Below, one piece after another: positions 1 through 13,084 of a DNA stretch of 64,000 nucleotides. The notes beneath the pieces are model-generated. The model ran no database searches and was not told where the DNA came from. It saw only the letters and a list, made by a program, of their open reading frames with translations. Position 1 is the stretch's first letter. The number at the start of each line of letters is the position of its first letter. A program made the translations under genes and the position numbers. The DNA is from Octopus vulgaris (taxonomy: Eukaryota). The stretch covers positions 98,518,001 to 98,582,000 of the forward strand of contig OX597822.1 in assembly GCA_951406725.2 (NCBI GenBank). Reading direction: 5' to 3'.

Positions 1-12
1 TCAACTCCATTC

Positions 13-51
<39 letters not shown>

Positions 52-289
52 TACGTGCATATACACACATATATATTTGTGCATATATGCATATATACAT
101 AAACACAAATACGCTTACATGTATATAGTATAAGTATTTTACATAGACATAAGTAACTGAAAAATATCAATTTGAGAATAAGAAAAATGACAATTTTCAA
201 GGGATAAGAGTTTAATAAGTACGGATATCAAAATAAGAAAACAAATTAATAAGCATTTATAGAAAACGATGAAGAAATATATATATATA

Positions 290-1137
290 TATAATCTACA
301 CATAAAGAGACGGGATTAAAATTAGAGGCAGAGAAATGGCAAAGGTAGCCTGAAGAGAGTGGGCAATAGGTATGGAAGTTGTAAAGGCAGTTAAATGTAT
401 TCAAACCAAAGATATTTTATAATTTGTAATATTACAGGTGTTATTGTATGTACGATTTTATAGTTTCTAAAGGGTATATGATTTAGTCAAAGGGAGACTT
501 ATTTTCATAAAGTCACTACAAATATATGGAATATGATTAGTAGGGGAGAACATCCTAGAAAGGAAAATAGTGTAATCACCAAACTAGGATGAAGTCAGAC
601 TAACAAAGTAGGGATTATCATGGGATAATATATAATGTTTATATATATATATATATATATATCAGTGTGTGTGCGCGTAAACAATATTATTTTTGGAAAA
701 CATTCAACGTCTTAAAGCGTTTTCTGGGATATCCCCGAGTATAGTATATTCCGTCATCACAGACAAATAAGGAAAAATAGGGAAAATAAGAATGGTATAC
801 ATTAATGAGATGACAACATAGGGGACAGGAATAAAAAAATAAGGAAATGGAAAGAAATAAGATAAAAGAAGCATAAAAGTTCATTGTTCAACTCTTCGAA
901 GTTATAGAAACGAGTATATGTCCATAGGTACAATCCTCAACTGTTACTTCCAGCAGGTAGACATACTTATTATGTCCTTTGATTAATTTTAATCCTTCTG
1001 CTATTTAATTCTTTTTGGGGGGGGGCCTGCAATCGCCTATATTATTGATTCTGTTATAATTTTAAATTGTTATACTAGATAATAACAGAGTCAATGATAT
1101 CTTTGAAAATTATGTTTTCGTGAATTATTTGCTCAGT

Positions 1138-1211
<74 letters not shown>

Positions 1212-1400
1212 TGAAAAGGAACCCATGAGTTGATATGTATAAGGAAAATAAGACAAGGTAGAAAATAATTTTATCATGAAGAACTTTTTAGTACCAGTTT
1301 CAGCCTTTGCGACTCTTTCAGCTTTAGAGTAAAGCATGAAAAAAAATTAGATTGTGGAAAAATTAAAAGAAATATTTTAAAAAATATTCTCATAGTTTTC
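290..1400 (-). pseudogene. Highly decayed Penelope-like RT fragments interrupted by (TA)n tracts
   Basis: Minus-strand remnants resembling PLE RT motifs: F-P-F-*-D-V-L (PFLDV-like, ~545-570), FVCDDGIYY (~745-770), II.AIAGPP (~1020-1050). Many stops and frameshifts. Confidence 0.4.
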
Positions 1401-1595
1401 AATTGCAAGGGACATTTTTTCTTTTTTCTTTTTGTCTCTCTCTCTCTCTTTTTTTTTTACTCATGTGAGGTCTTGGTACTAGGTAGCAGGTAGTACTTGC
1501 TACCTGCTACCAAGACCAAGTTATAGTTGGGGAATTTTTCCTTAAGTTCGTTGTGCTATAATAATAGCAACAAACATATAAATTGATATAAAGCT

Positions 1596-1640
1596 TGCAT
1601 TGATCGATTAAATGGAGCCACCTGAAACGGCCGTAATGCA
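1596..1640 (+). ncRNA. Degenerate minimal hammerhead-like fold in a PLE-type 3' end
   Basis: Stem I TGCAT(1596-1600)/ATGCA(1636-1640) and GAAAC-GGCC-GTA with palindromic stem III. The core reads TGATCGA rather than CTGANGA. Confidence 0.45.
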
Positions 1641-1751
1641 CTAATACCCGAACGTCTCTGTAACGTATTTGGTTTTTATTCACTTTCGAGCTGTGCGGAT
1701 AATACCGGACTGACTTGGTGCGTCAACTTAACTGAATCTTAATTATTTCTA

Positions 1752-1805
<54 letters not shown>

Positions 1806-1809
<4 letters not shown>

Positions 1810-2040
1810 GATCCTTTTAGCTGCTGGAGGGTAGTAGGACTTCGCTCCCCACTACTAGCGACGAATTGTATATAATGGGTGCACACCATTGCTGCGACAA
1901 CCAGCGGGCGGAGAATCTGCCTGGGTTAAACTAATAGTAACATTCAACTGCCATTTTGATGTGGCTACTCGCTTTACTGTATAGTATACGTTACTACTCT
2001 ATCTCTATAACTAGCTATTTTGCTTATGGATATATTTAAA
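1806..2040 (+). mobile_element. ORF-less mini-element between (TA)n tracts carrying the conserved stem/AAAC..GTA/GCCAT-hairpin motif
   Basis: Flanked by (TA)n on both sides. 1899-1965 AACC-AGCG-GGCGGA-GAA-TCTGCC-TG-GGTT-AAAC-TAATA-GTA-ACA...GCCATTTTGATGTGGC aligns with the motifs at 13222-13301 and 13447-13538. Confidence 0.55.
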
Positions 2041-3196
2041 TATATATATATATATATTTATTCATATGTGTGTGTATATGTATATGTATATGTATGTGTA
2101 TAAATTCGTGTGTGTGTGTGTATGTATACATGTGTGTGTGTGTGTGTTCGTGTTTGTCTGGCGTCTACTTATTTGTTCCACTAAACACTTGAACGCAGTG
2201 CGAGAGCATGGACACAGTCTAATGACTGGAACAATAAAACGATAAAACATTAATAAAATAACATTAGAAACTTCTTTTTCTTGACGATATTTAGTTGAAA
2301 GATCATTCTGGAAGTCAAGGAGATTATGTTTCTTTCTAATTTTGAATATGGCACATATCTTCTGAATAAAAACGGAGCATCAACTCGCACTAAATCGCAT
2401 GGGCCGTTTTAATTATTTGATGTGTTGAAATTGTTGATAACCATGGAAGCTGCTACGTCAATAAATTTCTTTATTGTAGCAATGTATTAAAATTAAGCAT
2501 CAAATAAAACTCTTAGTAAGAAATCAGTAAACTTTTTACAATAAAGAAGATTACGCGTTGTGACCATAACAATGAAGTTGTTGGATAAGTTTGCCACCAT
2601 TCAGATTGAAGTCACACTGAATTAGCAACGCACGTAGCAACAATAGTCTCCGTGAAATCATTTACAATTTGGAATACATCAATGAAGAAATATGGACATA
2701 GCATTGAAGTTGTCAGATAATTCTTGCCACTAATTGAAGCTATAGTGAAATAGCACGACAGGTAGCAACAATCTGTGAAATCATTTACTACCTGAAATGC
2801 GTCAATGAAGACTTTTTCCATGTTAGTAGGAATTATTCGGGCAATTATAAAACTTTAATTAAAGCATATCAATCAGCAAGCTAAGCAGGGTGGTTTAACA
2901 ATTGCTATAGTGTGTATATGAGTGTTCATGAACAAACAAACGAAACAAGTGTCTAACATTCAAATTAAAGTGTACTAAGTATAGTCAGTTCCATCATTTT
3001 GCCAAATGTTACCGTGCAGTATCTATTTATGCCAGCGACGCTTCTACCAAATAACAAGCTTTCTTTTATCGATAATATTAGTTTCCCATTAATTCATAAG
3101 TCAAAAACTTAAGGAAAACGTTGACTAGACACTATCAAAATTATTGGAAATGCGATTGCTTAAATTTCATAATTGATAAGATTACAAAGCAGAACT

Positions 3197-3362
3197 TGTA
3201 TGTATGTATGTATGAATGTATGTATGTATGTATGTATGTATGTATGTATGTATGTATGTATGTATGTATGTATGTATGTATGTATGAATGTATGTATGTA
3301 TGTATGTATGAATGTATGTATGTATGAATGTATGTATGTATAAATGTATGTATGTATGTATG
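3197..3362. repeat. (TATG)n microsatellite
   Basis: Direct reading; occasional TATGAATG variants. Confidence 0.95.
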
Positions 3363-5220
3363 TCTAATTTAAGTTCCTTTTAGACAGTCTAAGCTGGTCG
3401 CTAAAAGAGCGACAAGAGTTTTTGAGTTAAAACAGCACTTGGTGTTTGCATATATGTGGTTGAGTCGTATGTTGGTTGAGTTGTCGATGCAGACACCCAA
3501 GTATGTGCATCTTATTCACCTAAAGAATTACGGATGGAATATCTTTAGAATGTTTTACAAATCTTCACAGTGCCACTAATAGATTTTATTTAACAAATCC
3601 GCGTCAGTCTCTTTTACTTTTCGAAAAACCTAGTATTTCTAGGTTTGTGTGTAAATTTGTAGGTGATGGCCTAATGCACCTAATGCACCTATAATGATAG
3701 AAACTAATAAGAATTTATAGTCAGAATAGAAGACCTGTTATTTCCGAATTAATTGCGCACAATTGTTCTTTTTTTCCTGGACCTCTGATGGCACATTCAC
3801 ATCTGTTGGGCAGCTAACCTGCAACATTGGATGACTTGTTATCTGTCTCACAGGTCTGTTATGTTTGCACCGAGTTGCTGATTCCATTGGAGTGTTCCAC
3901 CAGTATCCTTCGTTTTTAAAGGTGCAAATACATGTTATGTCTGACATACCATTAATGTATACGTCAGGGAGATCACACATACCGTCAACATTCTAAGTAG
4001 CTCTTTCAACTATATCATGCCTCAGGGACAGGTAATATCTCGTTGACATATTGGGGCAGCTGCTGATGTGGCTGATATCCTCCCCATTGGTATAGCAGAG
4101 CCGACATTTTCAATCGCAATGTAAAGGTTTGTTGGTATCTTTGTCCCTTTTGTTTATCAGGTATTTAGCCATCTTCTGTTCTTGGATAGCGAAGGCTATC
4201 TCTCTGGGTGGGATATACTCCATCTATCACAGGTTATGGGGAATCTGCTCTTCTTGCCAATGCTATTATTGGCCTCTAGTTTACGGGTTATGTACCCAGG
4301 CATTGATCTTTGGTGGTGCGATGTCCACTTTTCCTCCAAGCTTATGTGTAGGCAGTCAAGCTTTCTTTGTGTCGCATGAGATAGTTGTATCCTCAGTGTA
4401 CCTACACATTATTTCTTCTCAGAGTCTGAATATGGTGTTGCTTTCTTCTGGGGATGCATGGGATGTACTCATTTTTTTACTGTTCAGCAGGTGTCGTCTG
4501 AGTGATCAAATGCGACATTCAAATGACTGTTTAGGCTGCCTTTACGCTTCTACCGCCATCACTTCGCTTCCCATAGATACTATCAAGAGTCGATGTTAAT
4601 GTGAAAGCTGCCAGTGGAGGTCAGTACCATTCTAGTGTTAATCTCCTGGCTGCGGATCTAGTCAAGTGTCCAGCCCAACTTCCCAAATGTTTGTACTAGC
4701 TCTGACACTGCAAAAGCATTGTTAGATATGATATTGTTCAATGCATACAACTCTGAGTTCCATAATTTCCGAAGTTTGCAGAAGTACTCTTTTCTTATTC
4801 TGGCTTTAGTTACAAAACCAAAGTATGCAACATTTTCTTCGCTTCCTAGTCACTTGTTCATCATTAAAGATAGAGGAGATAAATATGCAACTGATGTACA
4901 TGTTTAATATCATCAATCTTCCAGCGGTTGACCATATAGGAGCATTTATCTTGCCCAAACTCCATTCCTTTGTGGCATGAGATTGTTGTGGCTAGTTCTA
5001 ATTGTCTCTTGATGTTGATCACGCTACCCGAATATAACTATCCCCCAGTCGTAGCTGGTGATTTGTGAATTCGTTTTTGTCATTGCATTTGTTGATAGTG
5101 TCCAACTGTCATATCGTTTTCCTGGGTTTATTGATGTTATTTTAGAGGGAGGTAATCCCTTTTGGCTAAGTATTGTCCTTTGGATCGGTCTCTCTTCCGG
5201 TCATCTGTTGGTGCATAGTT
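3363..5220 (-). mobile_element. Decayed RLE-type non-LTR retrotransposon (R4/Dong-like), RT end + CCHC + PD..D endonuclease + 3' UTR
   Basis: Minus-strand motifs FAIQEQK..TKYL, EDISHISSCPNMSTRYYL.LRHDIV (zinc knuckle), WWNTP...CKHNRP (RLE), IIIGALG and terminal ISGTVKICKTF (~3550-3580). The 3' end abuts the (TATG)n tract. Confidence 0.75.
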
Positions 5221-5252
5221 ACTGCAGCGCTATATTGCTATATAGCGCCGCA

Positions 5253-5664
5253 GAAGCGAGCTGGCAGAAACGTTAGCGCACCAGGCGAAATGCTTAGCGG
5301 TATTTCGTCTGCCGTTACGTTCTGAGTTCAAATTCCGCCGAGGTCGACTTTGCCTTTTATCCTTTCGGGGTCGATGAATTAAGTACCAGTTAGGCACTGG
5401 GATCGATATAATCGACTTAATCCCTTTGTCTGTCCTTGTTTGTCCTCTCCGTGTTTAGCCCCTTGTGGGTAGTAAAGAAATAGGTATTTCGTCTGCCGTT
5501 ACGTTGTGAGTTCAAATTCCGCCGAGGTCGACTTTGCTTTCATCCTTTCGGGGTCGATAAAATAAGCACCAGTTATACACTGGGGTCGATGTAATCGACT
5601 TAATACCTATGTCTGTCGTTGTTTGTTCCCTCTATGTTTAGCTCCTTGTGGGTATCAAAGAAAT
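5253..5664 (+). mobile_element. tRNA-derived SINE type A with internal body duplication (dimer)
   Basis: GGCGAGCTGGCAGAAACGTTAG-type head, GAGTTCAAATTCC B-box-like motif and CCTTTCGGGGTCGATAAA..AAGTACCAG core. The body is repeated at 5481-5664, and GCTATATAGC flanks both sides. Confidence 0.85.
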
Positions 5665-6524
5665 AGCTATATAGCAATATGTACATTGTCCAAATGCTGT
5701 GAGTTTGAAGTTGAGCTTGTATTCTCGTAATTTCTTGGATGACAGTTAACATAAAGTCGGTTGCTTTTTTCTCAACTCGTGTCGGTATCGTTCTCTTAAG
5801 GACATTATGAAAGTAGTGACAATCTGATAGAGCTTTAATGCAATCGGCGATTTAAGTATTTTATATTCCTCGCGCTTTTTTGTAGGATCATAAGTGGTTG
5901 TCACATGTCCGTGTAGTTGTGGCGGTTTGATATTATTGTGTTTGTCTTGCGCGTGTTTCTTGTCGTTCACAGCTTCTTAGCGAAAATAATTTACCGTATA
6001 TTAAATATGAACATTCTGAACATTCTGAATGATTTTGTTTGTTAGGGTGTTATATTGCTTTTAACACATATTGTGTATTTTTATCCCGATACTCTTTAAG
6101 TTTCTTCAATTAGCCTATCGCGGGATCTTCCTTAGCCTTTCTGTAGGATTGGTATAGGTCTTGGTTCAGCTCGAAAGACCACTGGAAGTTTTCTCGAAAG
6201 CCTATCTGTGATAGCTGACACCGTCTTGTTTCGTCGCCATTGTGTATGTAGAGTAATCTTCAATACGATGTGTATTTCACACTTTGATTACTTCTACTTT
6301 TCAAAAGAGATTCTTTGCATTTATTTAAAGGAGATAACCATTTCTTTTGCCAGACTTGTATTAATAGCAAAAATTATGAGACAGTATGCATTATCCGGGA
6401 GAATGAATAGGCCTCTATGCCAACGTGTCTATATTCGACGTCATAATTATATATGTATGTGTGGATGGATGAATGGATGGATGGATTGATGGATGGATGG
6501 ACGTGTGTGTGTATGCATCTATGG

Positions 6525-6720
6525 GTGCCTGTGTTTGTGTTTCTCCACCACTACTTGACAACAGGTGTTGGTTTGTTTACGTCTCAGTAACATAGTGATT
6601 TGGCATAAGGGATCAGTATAATAAGTGTGGGACTCAGTGGTTTGGTCAATTCGTCCGACTAAAACTTTTCGACTCAGTGCTCCAGTAAGACTGATGTCCA
6701 ATGACAGAACCAAGAAAAAC
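6525..6720 (+). mobile_element. Old, 5'-truncated SINE type C 3' half
   Basis: Diverged match to the type C body/tail (CTTGACAAC.GGTGTTGGT.TGTTTACGTC...GTGCTCCAG). Confidence 0.6.
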
Positions 6721-7071
6721 ATGAAAGCTGAAAGTTAAAGTTTAAAAATTTCAAATTTTATTAAAAGTTTTGAAGTTACTGAAATCGGTGAGGAACTTTT
6801 AGGTAGAAGTGGAAAAATATCCCAAAATTTATTCTCAAAATAGTTTTGTTAAAACAATTTTCATTATAACATAAGCTACACTCACAAAAACATACTTCAG
6901 CAAAATTTCCTACTACTAATAAATGCGAGGAAATAAAATCCAGAGTGAATGCTCACCAACTCATGCATGTGTGTATACAGAGACATATGTATGTATATAT
7001 GAATGTATGTATGTATGTATACATGCACGTATGCATATATGCATGTATGTACATACATATATATATAGAGA

Positions 7072-7441
7072 GTGGAGGCGCAATGGCCCAGTGGTTAGGA
7101 CAGAAGATCGAGGTTTCGATTCCCAGACCGGGCATTGTGAGTGTTTATTGAGCGAAAACACCTAAAAACTCCACGAAGCTCCGGCAGTTTTAGGTGGTGA
7201 ACCCTGCTGTACTCTTTCACCACAACTTTTTCTCTCACTCTTTCTTCCTGTTTCTCTTGTACCTGTATTTCAAAGGGCCAGCCTTGTCACATTCTGTGTG
7301 TCACGCTGAATCTCCTCGAGAACTACGTTAAGGGTACACGTGTCTGTGGAGTGCTGAGCCATTTGCACGTTAATATCACCAGCAAGCTGTTCCGTTGATC
7401 GTATCAGCTAGGACCCTCATCGTCGCAACCGACGGAGTGCT
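7072..7441 (+). mobile_element. tRNA-derived SINE type B
   Basis: TGGAGGCGCAATGGCCCAGTGGTTAGG head (A box), GGTTTCGATTCCC (B box) and tail ...CCCTCATCGTCG.AACCGACGGAGTGC shared with other copies. Confidence 0.9.
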
Positions 7442-7830
7442 CCTATATATATATATAGAGAGAGAGAAAGCGAGTGAGCGACTGAGAGAGAGTCCTTATA
7501 AATGAAACATTACCCGTACTAAATGGGAAATACATGCAGAAGGTAGAGATACCCCAATGACACATATACCACCCACAGACAATACCTACATAAGTAAATT
7601 CGTAAGTAGGTAGTCAAGAAGGTAAATAGGTAGGTAGGTAGATACGTAAGTAGGTAATTTTGAGGTGGTTAAGTTAGATATATATAGATATGCATATATA
7701 GATATATATAGATATATATAGATATGCATAAAAGGTATATAGATTGTTAGTTACTTAAATATATGCGGAGGTAAATAGGTGGGAACATAGGGAAGTTAAT
7801 AAGTTGATAATCTGGCAAGTCGGTAGATAC

Positions 7831-7919
<89 letters not shown>

Positions 7920-8096
7920 GGACAGGTAGATAGGTAGGTACATAAATCACACAGAAAGACAAGCACATACACATATACAGAGACAGAAATACATAACCAT
8001 AAATACACACACACTCCACACACACATAAACATAGAGACATATTCATACACAAATGGCGCATGTGCATAGTTACACACACACACACAAACACTATG

Positions 8097-8136
<40 letters not shown>

Positions 8137-8139
<3 letters not shown>

Positions 8140-8428
8140 CATAAATTATTAGAGAGTTAACCACTATGTGGATAACTCTAGTGCTAAAAATAGTCCCGAT
8201 AGTACAGCCACAGAAAAAGTATGTTATTTCTAATTGGAAACATCTTTTTCTGGGGCTGTACTATCGGAGCTATTTTTAGTACTATAGTTATCCACATAGT
8301 GGTTAACTCTCTAATAAATTATGTATAAATTTGTATTTTCTCCGTAGTTTTCTGTGCTAAGCCACTCAGTGTTAAATTAATGGTATTATTAAATTAATAT
8401 CAATTTTTCACCCTCATTTATAAATTTA
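8137..8428 (+). mobile_element. (TA)n-embedded foldback mini-element
   Basis: Inverted arms ~8137-8225 / ~8239-8326 (~88 bp, about 6 differences), then a ~100-bp unpaired tail. (TA)n on both sides. Confidence 0.75.
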
Positions 8429-8456
8429 TATATATATACATATATATACTATGCTG

Positions 8457-8493
<37 letters not shown>

Positions 8494-9704
8494 TTTATTT
8501 ATATACTTTATTTATATATATCCGCAAGCACACACACACACAGATACAGACACATATCAACGCAGCGGAAATTGAGAAATGAACTATAAACAAAGATTTT
8601 ATATTTATTAATTAATTTGTTAATTACCTAATGGCATCTTCCAGCTGTAATCACTTTCGAAAGCTGATAATTATCTTATTGACATCTTGTGTGAAACTTT
8701 AAAATTAAATATTATATAATTAAGTTAGTATTGATCATCACGTTGCACTTGGCTACTGATTCTTGCGCTCAACAATCTTAGCTTCCGTTAGTTGAAGACA
8801 ATATCAGCTGGAGCTTATACAAATTGTTTGGAATTGTTTTTGGTGCATCACATTTTGCTAGGGAGTAACCCACAGACTATAACTTCAGGAACATCCTCTG
8901 CGGCGCATGTAGAATTAAAGCGGAAATATCAGGCGATGGAATAGTAATGGAATTATGCTGACTTGTTTTGAGCCACAAGTGACACATTTTAAACCATTTC
9001 ATCAGACGTTGCCCTCTTATGCTTATTCAGTCCTTATTTAGAACAATCATTGTCTTTGTCATTCACTTGCTCCTCCGTCGATTTCTTGAAAATAATTGGT
9101 CGTATTATTGTGAGTTCGCTTCATCGTCCTTACCACCATGAGCAAGGATTTTGAACACAGTTCAAAGAACAAATCTTTCAGAGGAGCGGTAATTTTTTTC
9201 TAGTTATGTCCTTTTTTTCATGTTACATTCATCGGAATTCACCTTTCTTGAGACATCATCAGTAAAGATTTTAATTTTTCATATCGAGTAACCGATATAC
9301 CGTATATCGGACATATCGATTAACAGACATCTGTTGATACTGCTACTGTTTTGTCGTTAGTATTGAGTAATTAAAAAGTTCATTTAATCACAAAATCAAA
9401 ACAACAGCCACCTGGTACCTACAATCAAGATATATTATTAGATACAAACATACTATTGATGAAAACACCTAAGCATTTTGACAGGATTTGTGTGCCAGAA
9501 TACAAAAAATAATGACGTCCAACCAGATTGCTTGGAGGTAATTGCTAAATTACTAATTTTTGTCAGTTCGCTTATATTGAACATTCACTCTGCTATTAAA
9601 AGCTTGGTTGTGAAGAAACTAAAATTATAAAACGCACTTAAGTAGCACAATTTATCTTATGTAGCATAGAGGCTATGATAGATACTATTATTATCATTAG
9701 TACT

Positions 9705-11395
9705 AAGACTTGGCGGCATTTGGTCAGTCTTTACGTTCTGAGTTCAAATTTCGCCGCGGTCGACTTACCTTTCATCCTTTTCGGGCCGATAAAATAAGTT
9801 ACATTTGAGGACTGGGATCGATGTAATGGACTTAACCCCACCACCACTGAAATTACTGGCCTTGTGCCAAAATTTGAAATCATTAATATCATTATTACTA
9901 AAGCGGTGATCTGGCAGAACAGTTAGCACGCCGGGCAAAATATCTAACGATATTTCGGCTGTATTTACGTTTTGAGTTCAAATTCAGCTTTGCCATCCAT
10001 CTTCTCGGGATCAATAAACAAAGTAGCAGTTGAACATTAGGGTTGATATAATCGACTAACCCTTTCCGCTATGATTTCATGCCTTGTGCGTAAAGTAGAA
10101 AGAATTATTAACATTATTACTGAATCACTAGCACACTAGAAAAGTGCTTAACGGCATTTCGTTCATTTATAATTTATGAGTTCAAATTCTGCTGAGGCCG
10201 ACTTTGCCTTGAATATTTTCGATGTCGATGAAATAAATACCAGTTGAGCACTAGGGTGGATGTAATCGACCAGGTTCTGTCTTCAAACTTTCAGGTCTAA
10301 TAACCTATAATTGAAGGGATTATTGTCAATAAATCGTTAGCACGCTTGACAAAATACTTAGCAGGCCGGGCGAAATGCGTTGCGGTATTTCGCCTGTCGC
10401 TACGTTCTGAGTTCAAATTCCGCCGAGGTCGACTTTGCCTTTCATCCTTTCGGGGTCGATAAATTAAGTACCAGTTACGCACTGGGGTCGATATAATCGA
10501 CTTAATCTGTTTGTCTGTCCTTGTTTGTCCCCTCTGTGTTTAGCCCCTTGTGGGTAGTAAAGAAATAGGTATTTCGTCCATTTATACGTTTTTAGTTCAA
10601 ATTACACCGAGGTCGACATGACTTTTCATCTCTTCGAGGTCGATAAAGCAAGAACAAGTTGATCATGGATGTCGTTGGAATCGACTCGGCTCCTCCTCTA
10701 AAATGCCAGGCCTTGTGCCTAAAGTAGAATTATTATTAATGTACTAGTTTATACTGTTGATGTTCAGGCAGGATCGTTTGTGCATCGCATAAAACGCTGA
10801 ATGGTATTTCTACCAGTTTGAAGGCGGCGAGCTGGCAGAAACGTTAGCACGTCGGGCGAAATGCTTAGCGGTATTACGTCTGCCGTTACGTTCTGAGTTC
10901 AAATTTCGCCGAGGTCGACTTTACCTTTCATCCTTTCGGGGTCGATAAATTAAGTTCCAGTTACGCACTGGGGTCGATGTAATCGACTTAATACCTATGT
11001 CTGTCCTTGTTTGTCCCCTCTATGTTTAGCCCCTTGTGGGTAATAAAGAAATAGGTATTTCTACCAGTTCTTCACGTGCTAAACCCAAATACATCTGAGG
11101 TCAACTTTTGCTCTCTATCCTTTCGGAAACGATAAAATAATATACCATTTATGTAATCGACTACACCAATTTCATTTCCACATAGGGGATTGAAACCTTG
11201 CGCCTATAGCAGAAATTATCATTATTATCATTAAAGCAGTGAGCTGGCACAATCATTAGCATTCTAGACAAAAATTACTCAGCTGCAAATCTTCAGCCTC
11301 TATGATAAAGTACCAGTCAAGCACTAATGTAAATATAATTGACAACCATTTTCTCCCAATTTCAGGCTCTATGACTTTAGTAGAAAAGAAATTAT
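9705..11395 (+). mobile_element. Head-to-tail cluster of ~8-9 SINE type A copies of different ages
   Basis: Repeated TTACGTTCTGAGTTCAAATT...CCTTTCATCCTTT..GGGTCGATAAA units, all on +, separated by ATT-rich tails. Young copies at ~10362-10567 and 10822-11053; the latter has a 16-bp TSD GGTATTTCTACCAGTT. Confidence 0.85.
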
Positions 11396-11788
11396 CGTCA
11401 TCAATATATTTCTGCTTTCAAGGTACATTCCACTATCACTACGCAACAATATGTACATTTGTGTTCCTCTTGTATATTTCGTTGTTACTTTTGTTGCTCA
11501 GGCTAGATTTGAATTTAAACGACAAAAGCTATAATCAAAAGGATCCCAGCCGTGGTCAGCTTTGCATTTTACGCTTAGTACATCTACAGATACATAATGC
11601 AATTTGTCATTCGATTCATTATTAATGAAAATATGCAGTTACTCGTCGTATGTCTTTCACTGCTATTTCTTATAAGTCGAGCTACTTCTGTCTAAAATGT
11701 ATCAGTCTGTACATATACATTTGCCCTCTCTTTCTAACTCCTTCTGTCTCTCTCACACTAAGATGCACACGCACACACACACTCATAT

Positions 11789-12968
11789 TCGGTGGGAGTT
11801 GTATTTGGAGACACTTAATTCTCAGTATATTATACTCTTCAAACCGATTAAAAGCTTTTGATTTTATTCAGATATCCATGGTAGAGAAAATGCAAACGGA
11901 AGAAGTGAAAAATACTTGCGCCCATTGTTGTTATATGTTCGAAACTCTGAGATTTAAAGAATGCCAATTTTCTAAATGCTGAACGATCAATTGGTACACA
12001 AATTTCGGATGGAATCGGAAGCCACGGATAGGAATATTACAACTGAATGAAAGAGAACAAATTTAAACGTTTAAACAATCTAATGATACTGCAATTCATT
12101 TAAAGCATTATCGATAATGAACCCGGAGAATCAATGACGACCATTACCAAAGAACTTCATGTGTCGGAATGGACCATCAGAACTATGGTGCACGAGGACA
12201 TTAGATATAAGTCGTATGTTCTGAAGAGAGGGCAGTTGATGTCTGTAAAGACACGAGGAAAACTTTTGATCTGTGCCAAGTAGTTACTTAATGAATTTAA
12301 AACCAATCGAATATGACATGTTCGGATATTCTCTAATAAGCAAATCTCCGATTAAGACCAAACTTCTACTAGGAAAAACTGAAAAATGATATTGTACTGA
12401 TCTCTGATGTTCTTAGAGTGATGAACTCAAAGATTTCAGCGCCTATGTGTGGTTTTGGCAGAGGTGAATAACTAAGAGCATGCCATGCCCCCTGATATCT
12501 TTGAACAGCCTTAGATCTAATGCTGCTGGATAGGTTGAGTTGCTCGAGATAGTTGTTAAGCCCTGTATGAAGGAATTACGAAGAAAGCCATACATGTTTT
12601 AACGAAACTGAACACCTTCTCACAAAGTCAACGTAGCGCAAGTTTGGATATCAGACATTACGATCAGTATGATCTCAAACTCGTAGTCTCCAAACACACA
12701 AGATTTGAATCCTATAAATTATTAGCGAACATTTTGTGCAGGAATGCCAACAATTCCCATTAAAGAAAACTTAGAAGCTGAAGGTAAATTCATAGAATAA
12801 TCTTGGGAAATCTTATCGAAAACATGTGCACAAAATTATATTAAGATACATACGTATTTTCTGTAATCTAGAAAAGAAAACAAACTCGTACGTATTTTTT
12901 CCCTCAGATTAAGTTGTTTTATTAAATTACTAAATATGTTCTAAATTACCGCTCGAAATCTTTATATA
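11789..12968 (+). mobile_element. Decayed Tc1/mariner-superfamily (maT/DD37D-like) DNA transposon
   Basis: Remnant peptides TMVHEDIRYKSYVLKRGQLMS, HAMPPDIFE, IVVKP, KPY, and SPNTQDLNP (NSPDLNP-like) at ~12180-12720. A right TIR-like AAATTACCGCTCG lies near 12944; the left TIR is degenerate. Confidence 0.7.
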
Positions 12969-12971
12969 CAG

Positions 12972-13014
<43 letters not shown>

Positions 13015-13084
13015 TATATGCGTGTGTGCGTGTATGCATATATGTATGAATGTGTATATAATTACTACATATATATATATATAT

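Noticed and set aside
1899-1965. SECIS or group II intron domain V interpretation of the conserved stem motif
   Set aside because: No AUGA/GA quartet with apical AA, and the AGC is unpaired and not followed by a domain V geometry.
7072-7140. tRNA-like sequences with A/B boxes at SINE heads
   Set aside because: No complete cloverleaf; they continue into SINE bodies.
8600-9300. Possible decayed transposase or host exon (also 47590-47900 and 48900-49800)
   Set aside because: No recognisable motif or sustained reading frame; BLASTX would be needed.
9705-11395. CRISPR-like repeat/spacer appearance
   Set aside because: Units are ~200-bp diverged SINEs in eukaryotic DNA, with no constant short repeat and no cas genes.
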